DNA of 64,000 nt, from the sequence record AJ697969.1; one strand, written 5' to 3'. A program made the translations under genes and the position numbers. Positions 1 to 9,044 of the stretch are shown one piece after another (positions within the stretch are counted from its first letter, which is position 1; each line of letters starts with the position of its first letter). The notes beneath the pieces are model-generated. The model saw nothing but the letters and a program-made list of their open reading frames with translations, did not search any database and was not told the DNA's origin. The stretch comes from Pseudomonas phage EL.

Positions 1-30
1 AGAGCCTTCTTTCTTTAGGGAGTTAACAGT

Positions 31-438
31 ATGGCGCGGTTTTGCGTAGGGACAATGGACAGTAAGTTAGGGTGGGAGACTCAGTCTCCTGATACCGCTA
101 TTTCACGTCATGTGACCTATTGGTTTACCAGTCGAGAGAACCAAGGTAAACTGATTGGAGGTGTGCCTAGTTTCTACATGATCTTTAAAGACTTCGCTCA
201 ATACCCCGATCAAATGGTGGAACAAGTCCAGGACAAATTCAAGGCGTACCTGGAGGAATTGTTCGACGAAGTCATGGTGGGTGTAAGTCGACAAAATGTT
301 ACTGGGAGTGTCAATAATTACAGGCTCATACTGACCGCTCGTGTCGTAGTGGACAATATGAAGTATGACTTGGCGCAAACCATTCTGATCACCGGTGAAC
401 TGTACAAAGTTCTGGACTTAGAGAGACTTAAACGATGA
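31..438 (+). CDS. hypothetical protein
   Basis: 135-aa ORF with an AGGGAG RBS 9 nt upstream; its stop overlaps the next start (ATGA); protein-like composition. Confidence 0.6.
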   Translation: MARFCVGTMDSKLGWETQSPDTAISRHVTYWFTSRENQGKLIGGVPSFYMIFKDFAQYPDQMVEQVQDKFKAYLEELFDEVMVGVSRQNVTGSVNNYRLILTARVVVDNMKYDLAQTILITGELYKVLDLERLKR

Positions 439-1268
439 CTGACAAACACAACGAAGACTTCCGGGGTAAAGTTCCTGATCATATCCAAGAGATGCACCTG
501 GAGAATGACCTTGGTTGGTTGAAGGACTTGAAAGTCCACGAACTGGATGGTAAACTCCTGCTGGGTGAGCCGGGGGAAGAACTCCCCTTTAACGTGAGTC
601 ATGTGATTGAAGAGAAGGAATTCGTTCAGAAATGGTTGATTCCCTTTGCGCTGGGGAATTCCACCGGAGTGAACTACTTCCCCTTCCAGGAATGGTGCTC
701 CTTTACCTTTAACGGAACCCGGTCTGTATTGGTGGTTGCCCGGGATGCTGAAACCGGTAAATACGAACCGACTCTCTTGGTTCCGCCGATTATTTCCAAC
801 TCCCTGACTGCGGATGACCGGTACAAGCTCCGGATGGCCTCGCTGGCTATTTACAATATCAGTGAAGACAACCGCCAGAAAGAGAATCTGAACGCCAGCT
901 TGAAGGTTGCGAATGCCTTGGCGGATAGCAAAATAGGTCTGGAAGCTAAACCCACGACCTTGACGGATTTGATTACTCCGGCCTTCTTTGAGAAGTTCTC
1001 GGTCGTTCCGGAAGTGGAGCGTAAGGTTTACTGGATCCGGGATGTTATCCGGAAAGGAACTGAAACCAATCCCGACGACCTGACTCGTGCCCGGGAGTTG
1101 TTCTTTAAAGAACACAAAGGTGAAACCCTGACTCAGGAAGAGTTGAAATTCCTAAACCAACTGAGTTTAGGGGATTATGAGATTGAAGACCGTCTGGCTG
1201 ACGCACCGAGTGAACAGGCGGATAGCGAATCGCCAGACGATCCCAACTTCGATCCGTTGGCGTGTTAA
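435..1268 (+). CDS. hypothetical protein (acidic C-terminus)
   Basis: 277-aa ORF translationally coupled to the upstream gene; no recognisable motif. Confidence 0.65.
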   Translation: MTDKHNEDFRGKVPDHIQEMHLENDLGWLKDLKVHELDGKLLLGEPGEELPFNVSHVIEEKEFVQKWLIPFALGNSTGVNYFPFQEWCSFTFNGTRSVLVVARDAETGKYEPTLLVPPIISNSLTADDRYKLRMASLAIYNISEDNRQKENLNASLKVANALADSKIGLEAKPTTLTDLITPAFFEKFSVVPEVERKVYWIRDVIRKGTETNPDDLTRARELFFKEHKGETLTQEELKFLNQLSLGDYEIEDRLADAPSEQADSESPDDPNFDPLAC

Positions 1269-1290
1269 GGTAGTAAGGGGTAGATTATTC

Positions 1291-2406
1291 ATGCGGATTC
1301 TTTGGACTTCCGACCACCATACGCTGCACCAGACAACCCCCACTACTCATGTACTGGGGAATATGTCGACGTTTTACTTTAAAGATCACGATCTGAACAA
1401 TATTGATCTGTCGATCTTTGGTGGGGACCTCACAGAACGCATGGTAGAGGCCCCTAATCCTGATTTCATTAAACTCAAGGAATGGGCCAAGGTTTACCTG
1501 AACGCGTGTGACAAGGCCCATACAGCCGTTCTAGTACTGGAAGGAACCCACTCCCACGACAGGGGTCAGCCTAAACACTTGGAGACGCTGGCTCCCGAGG
1601 GAATGGATTTCCGGTATGTGGATGCCTTGTCCATTCAGTATTACCCCCAATTCAACAATCTCAGTATTCTCTGTGTTCCTGACAACATGGGAACCCTGAC
1701 ACCTGATGAGATTTGGGACAAGACTGTCGCATTGCTCAATGAACACAAACTGAAGCAAGTGGACTTGATTGTGTTTCATGGTGCGTGGGAGCATCAATTG
1801 CCGGTGCAAGTACGACACAAGGCTCACCAGTTAGCCCGATGGGAAACCATTGTTAAGTACTTCATTCTGTCGGGTCATATCCACGTCCCCTCTGAAGTGG
1901 GTAAGATGCGGTGTTCGGGTTCCTTTGACCGTACAGCCCACGGGGAAGAACACCCGAAAGGGGGGTATTTGGTTGAGCTTGACCTGGAGAAGGAAACCGC
2001 CACTTCAACCTTCCAGGAAAATAAGAACGCCCTTCCGTATTTAACTCTGAAAGTCAAGGAAGACATTACGACCGAACAATTGGTCTTGGACCTCCAGCAG
2101 TTCATCCGCCGGAAGAAACTCCCGTACCACAGCCAAATCCGGGTCATGGGTGGTGCAGCGGATATCGTTAAACCGGTTATACGTATCTTTGAGAAAGAAT
2201 TCCCCTACTTTGGCTTTAAAGCGGAGAATGCGAAAGCCAAAGAACAGCATGTCCAAGACGACCTGTTCAATAACCAAACGTACGACTACCCTCAGTTAAC
2301 GAAAAAGAACTTGGCATCAGCCCTGTTACCTGAATGTCAAGGTGTCTTCGAGAAGGAAGGGATCTCTGATGAAGAAGCCTTGAAAGTCCTGGAGGAATTC
2401 CTATGA
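1291..2406 (+). CDS. calcineurin-like metallophosphoesterase, SbcD/Mre11-like
   Basis: N-terminus MRILWTSDHH (motif I D-x-H); GGDLTER (motif II GDxxD); EGTHSHD (motif III GNH[DE]); FHGAWEH; SGHIH (GHxH). ATG at 1291 chosen over the track start 1177 because it follows the upstream stop and a GGGG RBS. Confidence 0.6.
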   Translation: MRILWTSDHHTLHQTTPTTHVLGNMSTFYFKDHDLNNIDLSIFGGDLTERMVEAPNPDFIKLKEWAKVYLNACDKAHTAVLVLEGTHSHDRGQPKHLETLAPEGMDFRYVDALSIQYYPQFNNLSILCVPDNMGTLTPDEIWDKTVALLNEHKLKQVDLIVFHGAWEHQLPVQVRHKAHQLARWETIVKYFILSGHIHVPSEVGKMRCSGSFDRTAHGEEHPKGGYLVELDLEKETATSTFQENKNALPYLTLKVKEDITTEQLVLDLQQFIRRKKLPYHSQIRVMGGAADIVKPVIRIFEKEFPYFGFKAENAKAKEQHVQDDLFNNQTYDYPQLTKKNLASALLPECQGVFEKEGISDEEALKVLEEFL

Positions 2407-3200
2407 GAAGTACAGGTGCTTTGGGAATGTCCGTAGGGACATCGTTGGCGTTTGAGAGTGATGCGGCTTCTCTAATACGTAATTCGGATACCATCCTGCT
2501 GAACCTTATGACGCTAATACGGAATGCGTATGACGCGTATGAGACCAAAGAGGAAAAGGATCAACTGACATCAGATCAACTGGTAGAGGCGGTTACCAGT
2601 GATCTGAAGATCCTGGCAAAATGGATGGAAGAGACGCGTAAAAGTAAACCGGTTGAACTGGTGGTGTATTATCCCACCTATACGGGTCTTAAGACCCGTT
2701 TCCGTCATGCGGATCTCAAACTCCCTACGACGAAGAATCAAATCCGGTACGATACCCTCTCGAAAGAGGCAGCAAAGAAGCTGTATACGAAATACGAGAA
2801 ACTGTTGTCTAAGACAGACATCGGTATGCCTGAATTCAAAGGGCGGGGTATTGTATTGACGCACCACGTGGTGGACCTCGCGGTATCGAACAGTGTTGGA
2901 CGTTTAATACTGTTGGAGTCGTATACGGGTAAAACCAAACCCTTTACCCAGTGGTACACTAAACTGACGGGAGGGGAGGATCTGTTTTACATGCCGTTTA
3001 ACCGGTTCACCATCCAGATCTTTGGTGACCGTTCAACCAATTTCATGTCGTCCTCAACAGGGATTAAGGAGCTGGTGAAGAAACTGGCGCTGGATAATAA
3101 GTGGACATCTGCCACAACACTGGGACGAATCAGAAGTCATATCAACAACCTGCCACAAGGGGTAGATCGAGCCGGTCTACAACTGATGCTGAACGGTTAG
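2403..3200 (+). CDS. hypothetical protein
   Basis: 265-aa ORF with an ATGA overlap onto the upstream gene. Confidence 0.6.
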   Translation: MRSTGALGMSVGTSLAFESDAASLIRNSDTILLNLMTLIRNAYDAYETKEEKDQLTSDQLVEAVTSDLKILAKWMEETRKSKPVELVVYYPTYTGLKTRFRHADLKLPTTKNQIRYDTLSKEAAKKLYTKYEKLLSKTDIGMPEFKGRGIVLTHHVVDLAVSNSVGRLILLESYTGKTKPFTQWYTKLTGGEDLFYMPFNRFTIQIFGDRSTNFMSSSTGIKELVKKLALDNKWTSATTLGRIRSHINNLPQGVDRAGLQLMLNG

Positions 3201-3269
3201 TCTCCCATCTATTCTCACTGAAAATTCTATCTTTATTGGTTAGGAATTTCGAATTTAAGGTAACCTCTC

Positions 3270-3968
3270 ATGAGTGACAATCAACATCGCAAGTTTACCC
3301 CCCGTAAGAAAACCCTCCTGAATGACTGGAAACAGCCTCATCCAACGACCTTGGAACCTTTGCCGGGAGCAAAGTACCCGGCGCAGGGGATGTTCGAGTG
3401 CAAGAACAGTGGGGCGTTTCCCATTGTCTTCAAGATCAACGACGGCATCTTTGAGAAAGGTTCCAACAGTAACCACAAAGAAGTCGAACTGAACTATTCG
3501 GATCGGGGCGCGCTCTTCGAAGCGATTATTGAGGCCTCGAATGATGCGAACTTTGGGTTCCGTCAGATCCCGATTTCGAAGAAGCAGATGATCTTCTCGG
3601 GTGGGAGCGCGCGTCAATCGGAGAACCCGATTGTTCAAGCGACCTTTACCATCATCCGGGATAAGAACGGTGTTATCCACCTGGGGTACACCAAAGGGGA
3701 TTACAAAGTCCCGCTGGTTTTCCGTGGTTCCAACTTCACGACGGTATACGTCAAGAATGAAGCCGGTGAACGCGTTGAAGACCAGGGTCTGATGTCCCGT
3801 TGGGTAGCTCGGGCCTGGGTGCGTTTCCACCAGGATCTCCTGAATGAGATCGAGCAGGCGGCTTGGGAACCCCCGAAACCGCGTGACGGTGGGGTAAATA
3901 ACAACCGGCAGCCTTCCAATGACTCCAGTTCTGCCACCCACGATGACTTCGATGACGTGGAATTCTAA
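3270..3968 (+). CDS. hypothetical protein, possible SSB-like (acidic C-terminal tip DDFDDVEF after a G/N/Q/P/S-rich linker)
   Basis: 232-aa ORF; the C-terminus ...RDGGVNNNRQPSNDSSSATHDDFDDVEF resembles the disordered linker plus acidic amphipathic tip (DDDIPF-type) of bacterial and phage SSBs; the OB fold is not verifiable by eye. Confidence 0.4.
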   Translation: MSDNQHRKFTPRKKTLLNDWKQPHPTTLEPLPGAKYPAQGMFECKNSGAFPIVFKINDGIFEKGSNSNHKEVELNYSDRGALFEAIIEASNDANFGFRQIPISKKQMIFSGGSARQSENPIVQATFTIIRDKNGVIHLGYTKGDYKVPLVFRGSNFTTVYVKNEAGERVEDQGLMSRWVARAWVRFHQDLLNEIEQAAWEPPKPRDGGVNNNRQPSNDSSSATHDDFDDVEF

Positions 3969-3981
3969 TTAGACCAAAAAG

Positions 3982-4008
3982 GGTAGGAGGGGTTGCCCCT
4001 CCTACCCG
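3982..4008 (+). terminator. hairpin terminator (12-bp perfect stem GGGTAGGAGGGG / CCCCTCCTACCC)
   Basis: perfect inverted repeat 14 nt after a stop codon, followed by a T-rich tract. Confidence 0.6.
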
Positions 4009-4020
4009 GTCTATTCGTTT

Positions 4021-4049
4021 GGTTAGAATATTTTAAACCTACATTATCT
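4021..4049 (+). promoter_or_regulatory. promoter-like motif, copy 1 (TGGTTAGAATATTTTAAACCTACATTATC)
   Basis: 23-nt core GAATATTTTAAACCTACATTATC is identical to the copy at 58598-58619; variants occur at 8996 and 52861; it lies between a terminator and the next gene start. Confidence 0.5.
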
Positions 4050-4085
4050 TCCCGTAATCCTGGACTATTCTGTTTGGAGTGAACC

Positions 4086-5639
4086 ATGTTTAACATCGAG
4101 GTTAAGCGGAAATCCAAGAAGACGATTAAAGCCATCATTGTTTCGTTGAATGAGAAGAGCCTCCGCTTTAACGGTGATGCAACAATCAAACTTGAACGGG
4201 TGATTAAAGAAAAGGATGCGAGTGATCCTAATCTCTTCAGTTGTTTCAACGAGTATGTGGAGAACATCTTCGATACGGATAAGAAGATTGAACTCTTTAA
4301 GTTGTATGAAAAGGCGTATCAGATTGCCGAAAGTCCTACGTATAAGGACTACCGGGTTGAAATCGCTGAAATTAAACCGATTATCAATGCTATTCTAAAC
4401 CTCATTGATGTTCCCAAGTACTGTAGCTTCATCCAGTATTCCGAACACATGGTCGTTCCTCCTGACCTGAGCGTTGCCTCCAGTAAGGGGGATTACCCGG
4501 AACAAACAACCATTACGGATTACGATTATAAAGAGTTGGTTAAGCTGACCTTTGTGATCCGTTCGGTTTATCCGATCATCTTCTCGTTAATTGCTCGCTT
4601 CGATGCGGCAATGGGAACAGGGTACAGTGAGCAGGTGTGTGGGAGTCTGATTAAAGATAACGCCCACATCGTTAACCTGTATGGGTGGAAGAAGCTTCAG
4701 ACCTATGTGAACTTTGCCTTTGGTAAACGAGGTATACCCCAGCAAGCAGACAGCATTGGGAGTGTAGAGTATTTCGTGGAGCGGGTGCTGTATGATACCC
4801 TCTTCTCCCGGCTGTGCTGTGCGGTCATCCCCGAAACCGAAGAAGGGAAGCACCTGGCCACCGCCATTAACGCTTCGGTACGCCATCATGGATCGATTGG
4901 GGGTGGGTTTAAAGCCAAGGATGCCCGGGAAGGTGAGGATGATAAGCGGTCCCTGTTGGAACGGTATCATATCAACGAAGAGATCAAGGCGGCAAATGAA
5001 ACCGTAGACGCTGAGTATTTCAGTTTAGGGTTGTTTGACGAGAATGACAATGAACGGTACGTGGATCGGTTCAAGATCCCGTGTCTGGGCCTAGGTATAA
5101 AGAATCCCCAGCTGGTGGAACAGGTCTACGACAACATGCCCCCGAACTGGGACATCACGTTGGACAATCATGTCATTACGTTGCTTCAACTGACGTTCGT
5201 CGATGCGATCTCTCCTATGATCTTCTGGAGTTGTGACGGGCATCAACTGCGGGCAGCCATTGCCTTGGCTCAGGTCCGTTTGAGCGAACAAGGGTATCAT
5301 TACCTTCCGTCGGTACTGGGAGCGAGTAATAATCCCGGAGGCATGCGATCCCTTTCGGATGGTTTGCGGTTGAACACCGAAGATAAAGAATTCCTGGTCA
5401 GTATTTGTGACATCCAAAGTCGTAATGACGAAGGACGGTCCTTTAATGAAGCCGTGGAGGTCGCAACGGAGTTCTTGGAAACCTTTGGGAATGGGCAATG
5501 GAAATCGAACCTGGAATATGGGGTATTGGATGATCCTGAAGTCTATCAACGGGTAGAACGCGCTGCGTTGTTCGACCTGGAGATTGATTTGGAAATCAAG
5601 AATGAGTTCATGCGGTTAGTTAGACAAGTCAATACCTGA
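4086..5639 (+). CDS. hypothetical protein
   Basis: 517-aa ORF with GGAGTGAACC-ATG RBS context. Confidence 0.7.
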   Translation: MFNIEVKRKSKKTIKAIIVSLNEKSLRFNGDATIKLERVIKEKDASDPNLFSCFNEYVENIFDTDKKIELFKLYEKAYQIAESPTYKDYRVEIAEIKPIINAILNLIDVPKYCSFIQYSEHMVVPPDLSVASSKGDYPEQTTITDYDYKELVKLTFVIRSVYPIIFSLIARFDAAMGTGYSEQVCGSLIKDNAHIVNLYGWKKLQTYVNFAFGKRGIPQQADSIGSVEYFVERVLYDTLFSRLCCAVIPETEEGKHLATAINASVRHHGSIGGGFKAKDAREGEDDKRSLLERYHINEEIKAANETVDAEYFSLGLFDENDNERYVDRFKIPCLGLGIKNPQLVEQVYDNMPPNWDITLDNHVITLLQLTFVDAISPMIFWSCDGHQLRAAIALAQVRLSEQGYHYLPSVLGASNNPGGMRSLSDGLRLNTEDKEFLVSICDIQSRNDEGRSFNEAVEVATEFLETFGNGQWKSNLEYGVLDDPEVYQRVERAALFDLEIDLEIKNEFMRLVRQVNT

Positions 5640-5673
5640 AAGTATCATCCGTAACTAGACAGAGGAAACAAAC

Positions 5674-7110
5674 ATGTCCGAAATGTTGGTGACATTGACC
5701 CGAGCCATTTTTGGTATGGGGAATAGCAACCACGATCACGTTCATCGTCATAACCAACTCAACCTGGACAGCACTGAGGTGGATGACCTCATCATGGAAC
5801 AGGTCAATGGAGGTGTTACCGCGGGTACCCTGAACCGCATTGCTGCCTCCAGCGGTAACCTGTCCCAGCGTCCTCAAGGCTACGTCTCCGTCGAAGAAGG
5901 CTTCGGCGTACGGCGTGGAATTGGACAACTCACGTTCGTTATTGAAAGCAATTCAAACTTCCATTCGGAAATGTGTGTGGTGGGGTACCTCTTTGGAGGC
6001 ACTGCGTCGGAACAAGGTATCTCGGATGACACCATGTTCGTTCCGGTACGGACTTGGTCAACCTTGACGACCAATACCCATGACAGTCAAGGCTTCCCGA
6101 TGACCAAGCGGATGATCGACAGTTCCCATCAGTTCCTCATGGGATCGGTGGATCAGAACAAAGACCTGAAAGCCGTACGTCCGTTGGATGTCGGGAATGA
6201 AGCCTTGGGGTTTGCCGCCAGTGAAGAAGATGGTTCTGAGATGATGTATGCCGGGACGGTGGGGAGCGACCTCAAGAACAACACCTTGATGTCGAAGACC
6301 CTCAACCTCAACCCCACGCATTATTCCCGGGAGTTGCTCAAACTGGCCACCAATGCAGGGTTCCACTCCTCCAATGGCAGTTCGTTGGAAGTGGAACTGT
6401 CCAACGGATTGATCGGCGAATCGATTGGAGAACTCTCCCCGCTCGAAAACCCTTTCATGCGGGCAATGATGCAATCCACCGGTCAGTACATGTTGGGTGG
6501 GTTCCAGGGGTTCAGTATTGGGGAAATCTATCAGGTCTTCGATAACCTGTTGGATGTCATGAACCTCAACCTGTTGAATCCCAGTTCCTTTGCGGAAGAC
6601 AACACCCTGCTCACCAGCAGTGAATATGGGTCTGCGGGTAACCATGAGGTGATTGCTACGGAACTGGCGATGATGTCGGTTCACCTGATGTTGCAGTGTG
6701 GTCTCTCCAGCCTACGGTTCTCCGCCACCAATAACCTCATGGAATATAGCACGATCATGGATGATGGTGTGGGTGTCGCTTTCGTCATCGGTGAAGCCAT
6801 GTCCATGTTGGACAATGACATGTTCGTGGAAAACCGGGTGGAGGACTTCAAGCGTCTGATTGCCCAACACTTCTTCTCGAAATACTCGGGACCTCATGTT
6901 CATTTGAGAACCTTGATGAATATTGAAGTGGAGTGTTACATGTTTGGTGAGATCGTTATTACGATTTCGTTCAATGGGGAAGCCAACGAGAAAACCTTCA
7001 CCAACGCTACCTACTACATTAATCATACCAGCAGCAGCATTGCCGGTAATGAAAACGGCCTGTTGGAAGCCAAGAACTTCCTGACCGGTATTCGTGAATA
7101 CTTCAGCTAA
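5674..7110 (+). CDS. hypothetical protein
   Basis: 478-aa ORF with an AGAGGAAAC RBS. Confidence 0.7.
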   Translation: MSEMLVTLTRAIFGMGNSNHDHVHRHNQLNLDSTEVDDLIMEQVNGGVTAGTLNRIAASSGNLSQRPQGYVSVEEGFGVRRGIGQLTFVIESNSNFHSEMCVVGYLFGGTASEQGISDDTMFVPVRTWSTLTTNTHDSQGFPMTKRMIDSSHQFLMGSVDQNKDLKAVRPLDVGNEALGFAASEEDGSEMMYAGTVGSDLKNNTLMSKTLNLNPTHYSRELLKLATNAGFHSSNGSSLEVELSNGLIGESIGELSPLENPFMRAMMQSTGQYMLGGFQGFSIGEIYQVFDNLLDVMNLNLLNPSSFAEDNTLLTSSEYGSAGNHEVIATELAMMSVHLMLQCGLSSLRFSATNNLMEYSTIMDDGVGVAFVIGEAMSMLDNDMFVENRVEDFKRLIAQHFFSKYSGPHVHLRTLMNIEVECYMFGEIVITISFNGEANEKTFTNATYYINHTSSSIAGNENGLLEAKNFLTGIREYFS

Positions 7111-7124
7111 GAGGATAACCGCTC

Positions 7125-8561
7125 ATGCACGAAACCAATGAACTGAACAAACTGTACGAAGCGATGTGTTTGTCGTGGGGCGCGCAGGTTAAAGAACAGG
7201 GACGACTCGTCTTTATGATCGATGGGGAAGAATTCCCACTCCGTATTGATGGGATGACCCTCCACCTTCCGCTGAGCGAAGTCCTGGATGGGAACTGCGT
7301 GGATAAGGTCTTCTTCCACCCGGCCTGTGAAAACATCGTGTCGAAAGAAACGGAAGTGTTCAAGATCATCCGGCGGATGACCTGTATGAAACTGCTGGAT
7401 ACCTTCCGTCGTATTCCGATGGTGTTATTCACCGTTGCAGGCCATAAGCCCAAGAGTACCTGGAACCAACGTATCCACGACATGCTGGAGCCCCTTAAAG
7501 GTGCCAAGCGTGCGGTACGGGATGAACTCAACGCATTGTTCAGCCGTATGCATGTGGAAGTGGAAGAGAATGGGTTGGATAACCGTTTCATTCACTTCAA
7601 GGTATCTAAGGGCGGTGGTACCAGTAAGACCACGGGTCAACGGATCTATTACAAGACCCGTCCGGAGTTTCCGTTCTATACGGAAATCGTTCGTCGTCTG
7701 GCACGTTCGGATGGTCAATCGGATAACCAGACCATTGAAATCAATAACCACACGGTCTCCCGAGCGGCACTTCGTCTGGCCGCCCATATCTTCCAGAACG
7801 TCCTTCCGGCGGTAAACAGTCCCAGTGACTATGAGTTTGAATCGACTTCCCCGGTGGCGTCTCGTCTAGTGTCCTACATGGGGTGCTATGCGGAAATCGC
7901 AGATCAATTGAATAAGATCCAGAATACCTTCCGATCTGATTTCGATAAAGCCGGGTTGTACCCGATTGATCTGAGCTGGACGGAACGCCTGGAAGAACTA
8001 CCGGATATTTATCGCCAAGTCCCAGTACTGGATTACAACAGCCACAACACCCATGATGAAGTCCAGCATCAAGCAGTGAGTCGGAATGACATGGGTGGTC
8101 TGCTGTCGGTTACCAGTACCAACCAACAGGGTGTTTCTCAACATCAATCCCAACCGCAGCACGTTGCAGGAATGAGCGGGGACTATGACGTATCACCTCC
8201 GCAGATGCAAGCGGGAGACCGGTATGTCCGTACTGAGATCGATTACGTCGGTCAACGCGTTCTCCACCATGCGGTTAACCAAACCACCAATAACCCGGTC
8301 GTCTACATCTGTAGCCGTAAAGGGAACTTCCTGCAACGCTCTGAAACCAACATGATGCTCCAGCAAATGGGTATGTTGGGTGGGATGGGTGGTATGATGG
8401 GTGGAACGATGCTGGCCAACGGGATGGTTCAACTGCCGAACGGTATGATCGTGAATCCGCAGATGATGGGGGGTGTTTCGATGCCCACACCTACCGCCGC
8501 ACCGAGTGTATACCCGGACGCCGGTATGGGGTTTGACCTGGGAGCCCCAGGTATCTTCTAA
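7125..8561 (+). CDS. hypothetical protein with Gly/Met-rich low-complexity C-terminal tail
   Basis: 478-aa ORF; the C-terminus reads MMLQQMGMLGGMGGMMGGTMLANGMVQLPNGMIVNPQMMGGVSMP. Confidence 0.7.
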   Translation: MHETNELNKLYEAMCLSWGAQVKEQGRLVFMIDGEEFPLRIDGMTLHLPLSEVLDGNCVDKVFFHPACENIVSKETEVFKIIRRMTCMKLLDTFRRIPMVLFTVAGHKPKSTWNQRIHDMLEPLKGAKRAVRDELNALFSRMHVEVEENGLDNRFIHFKVSKGGGTSKTTGQRIYYKTRPEFPFYTEIVRRLARSDGQSDNQTIEINNHTVSRAALRLAAHIFQNVLPAVNSPSDYEFESTSPVASRLVSYMGCYAEIADQLNKIQNTFRSDFDKAGLYPIDLSWTERLEELPDIYRQVPVLDYNSHNTHDEVQHQAVSRNDMGGLLSVTSTNQQGVSQHQSQPQHVAGMSGDYDVSPPQMQAGDRYVRTEIDYVGQRVLHHAVNQTTNNPVVYICSRKGNFLQRSETNMMLQQMGMLGGMGGMMGGTMLANGMVQLPNGMIVNPQMMGGVSMPTPTAAPSVYPDAGMGFDLGAPGIF

Positions 8562-8578
8562 GCAACAATAACCTTACC

Positions 8579-8608
8579 AGTACCTAGCGGGATATCCCGC
8601 TAGGTACT
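8579..8608 (+). terminator. rho-independent terminator (perfect 30-nt palindrome AGTACCTAGCGGGATATCCCGCTAGGTACT plus T-run)
   Basis: perfect palindrome 18 nt after the stop, followed by GTGTTTTCTCTATTTTATT. Confidence 0.75.
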
Positions 8609-8636
8609 GTGTTTTCTCTATTTTATTCCAGTATTT

Positions 8637-8966
8637 TTACGCTTGGGTCGTATTACTACGTGCAACGGCCTGGGTCAAATGGGCCTCGTCAATTATCTTG
8701 TAACTTTGCATGCCCGCACAATCCATAAAGGGATCTTCAATCCCATTCAGATAGGCGGTGACCCACAGCATATGGTTTTCAACCCCTTGAACCCTCAGGA
8801 ACCGATAGAAGTCATACCGATAGGCATACAGTTGTGCGTGAGAGACGATTGGAATCTCCTGGGTTTGACGGAGGAGTATTTCCCGTTCGGACCGCACCAA
8901 GACTTTGAACCGTTCAGTAAAGAAGAAATCACGTCCTTCACTGAAGTTAACAATAGACAGTGGCAT
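8637..8966 (-). CDS. hypothetical small protein, divergent from tnpB
   Basis: 109-aa minus-strand ORF with an ATG start and an AAGGA RBS; protein-like composition; no HUH/Y1 (TnpA) motif found; a competing plus-strand ORF 8643-8993 has a TTG start only. Confidence 0.35.
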   Translation of the reverse strand: MPLSIVNFSEGRDFFFTERFKVLVRSEREILLRQTQEIPIVSHAQLYAYRYDFYRFLRVQGVENHMLWVTAYLNGIEDPFMDCAGMQSYKIIDEAHLTQAVARSNTTQA

Positions 8967-8995
8967 GGAGAAGATCCTTATCGATGCAGCTAACC

Positions 8996-9017
8996 ATTTT
9001 TGAACCTATATTATTTC
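8996..9017 (+). promoter_or_regulatory. promoter-like motif, copy 3 (ATTTTTGAACCTATATTATTTC), 28 nt upstream of tnpB
   Basis: matches the ATTTTAAACCTACATTATCTTC core of copies 1 and 2 at 18 of 22 positions. Confidence 0.4.
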
Positions 9018-9044
9018 TGTGACCCGACATAAGGAATTATCCCA

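Noticed and set aside
3240-3256. TTCGAAT-like sequence as a possible tRNA T-loop
   Set aside because: It lacks the GG/CC flanks, and no cloverleaf could be folded. No tRNA, rRNA or CRISPR array was detected anywhere in the window.
3255-3941. 228-aa minus-strand ORF
   Set aside because: Antisense to the SSB-like plus-strand gene, which has the better start context and sits in the plus-strand operon.
6058-6684. 208-aa minus-strand ORF inside the 5674-7110 gene
   Set aside because: Shadow ORF.
8637-8966. Divergent small ORF as a possible TnpA
   Set aside because: It has no HxH (HUH) motif and no catalytic-Tyr helix motif. It is 109 aa, against about 130-155 aa for Y1 transposases.
8643-8993. 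116-aa plus-strand ORF upstream of tnpB
   Set aside because: It has a TTG start only and no RBS. It overlaps the minus-strand ORF, which has an ATG and an AAGGA RBS. Neither can be settled without more data.
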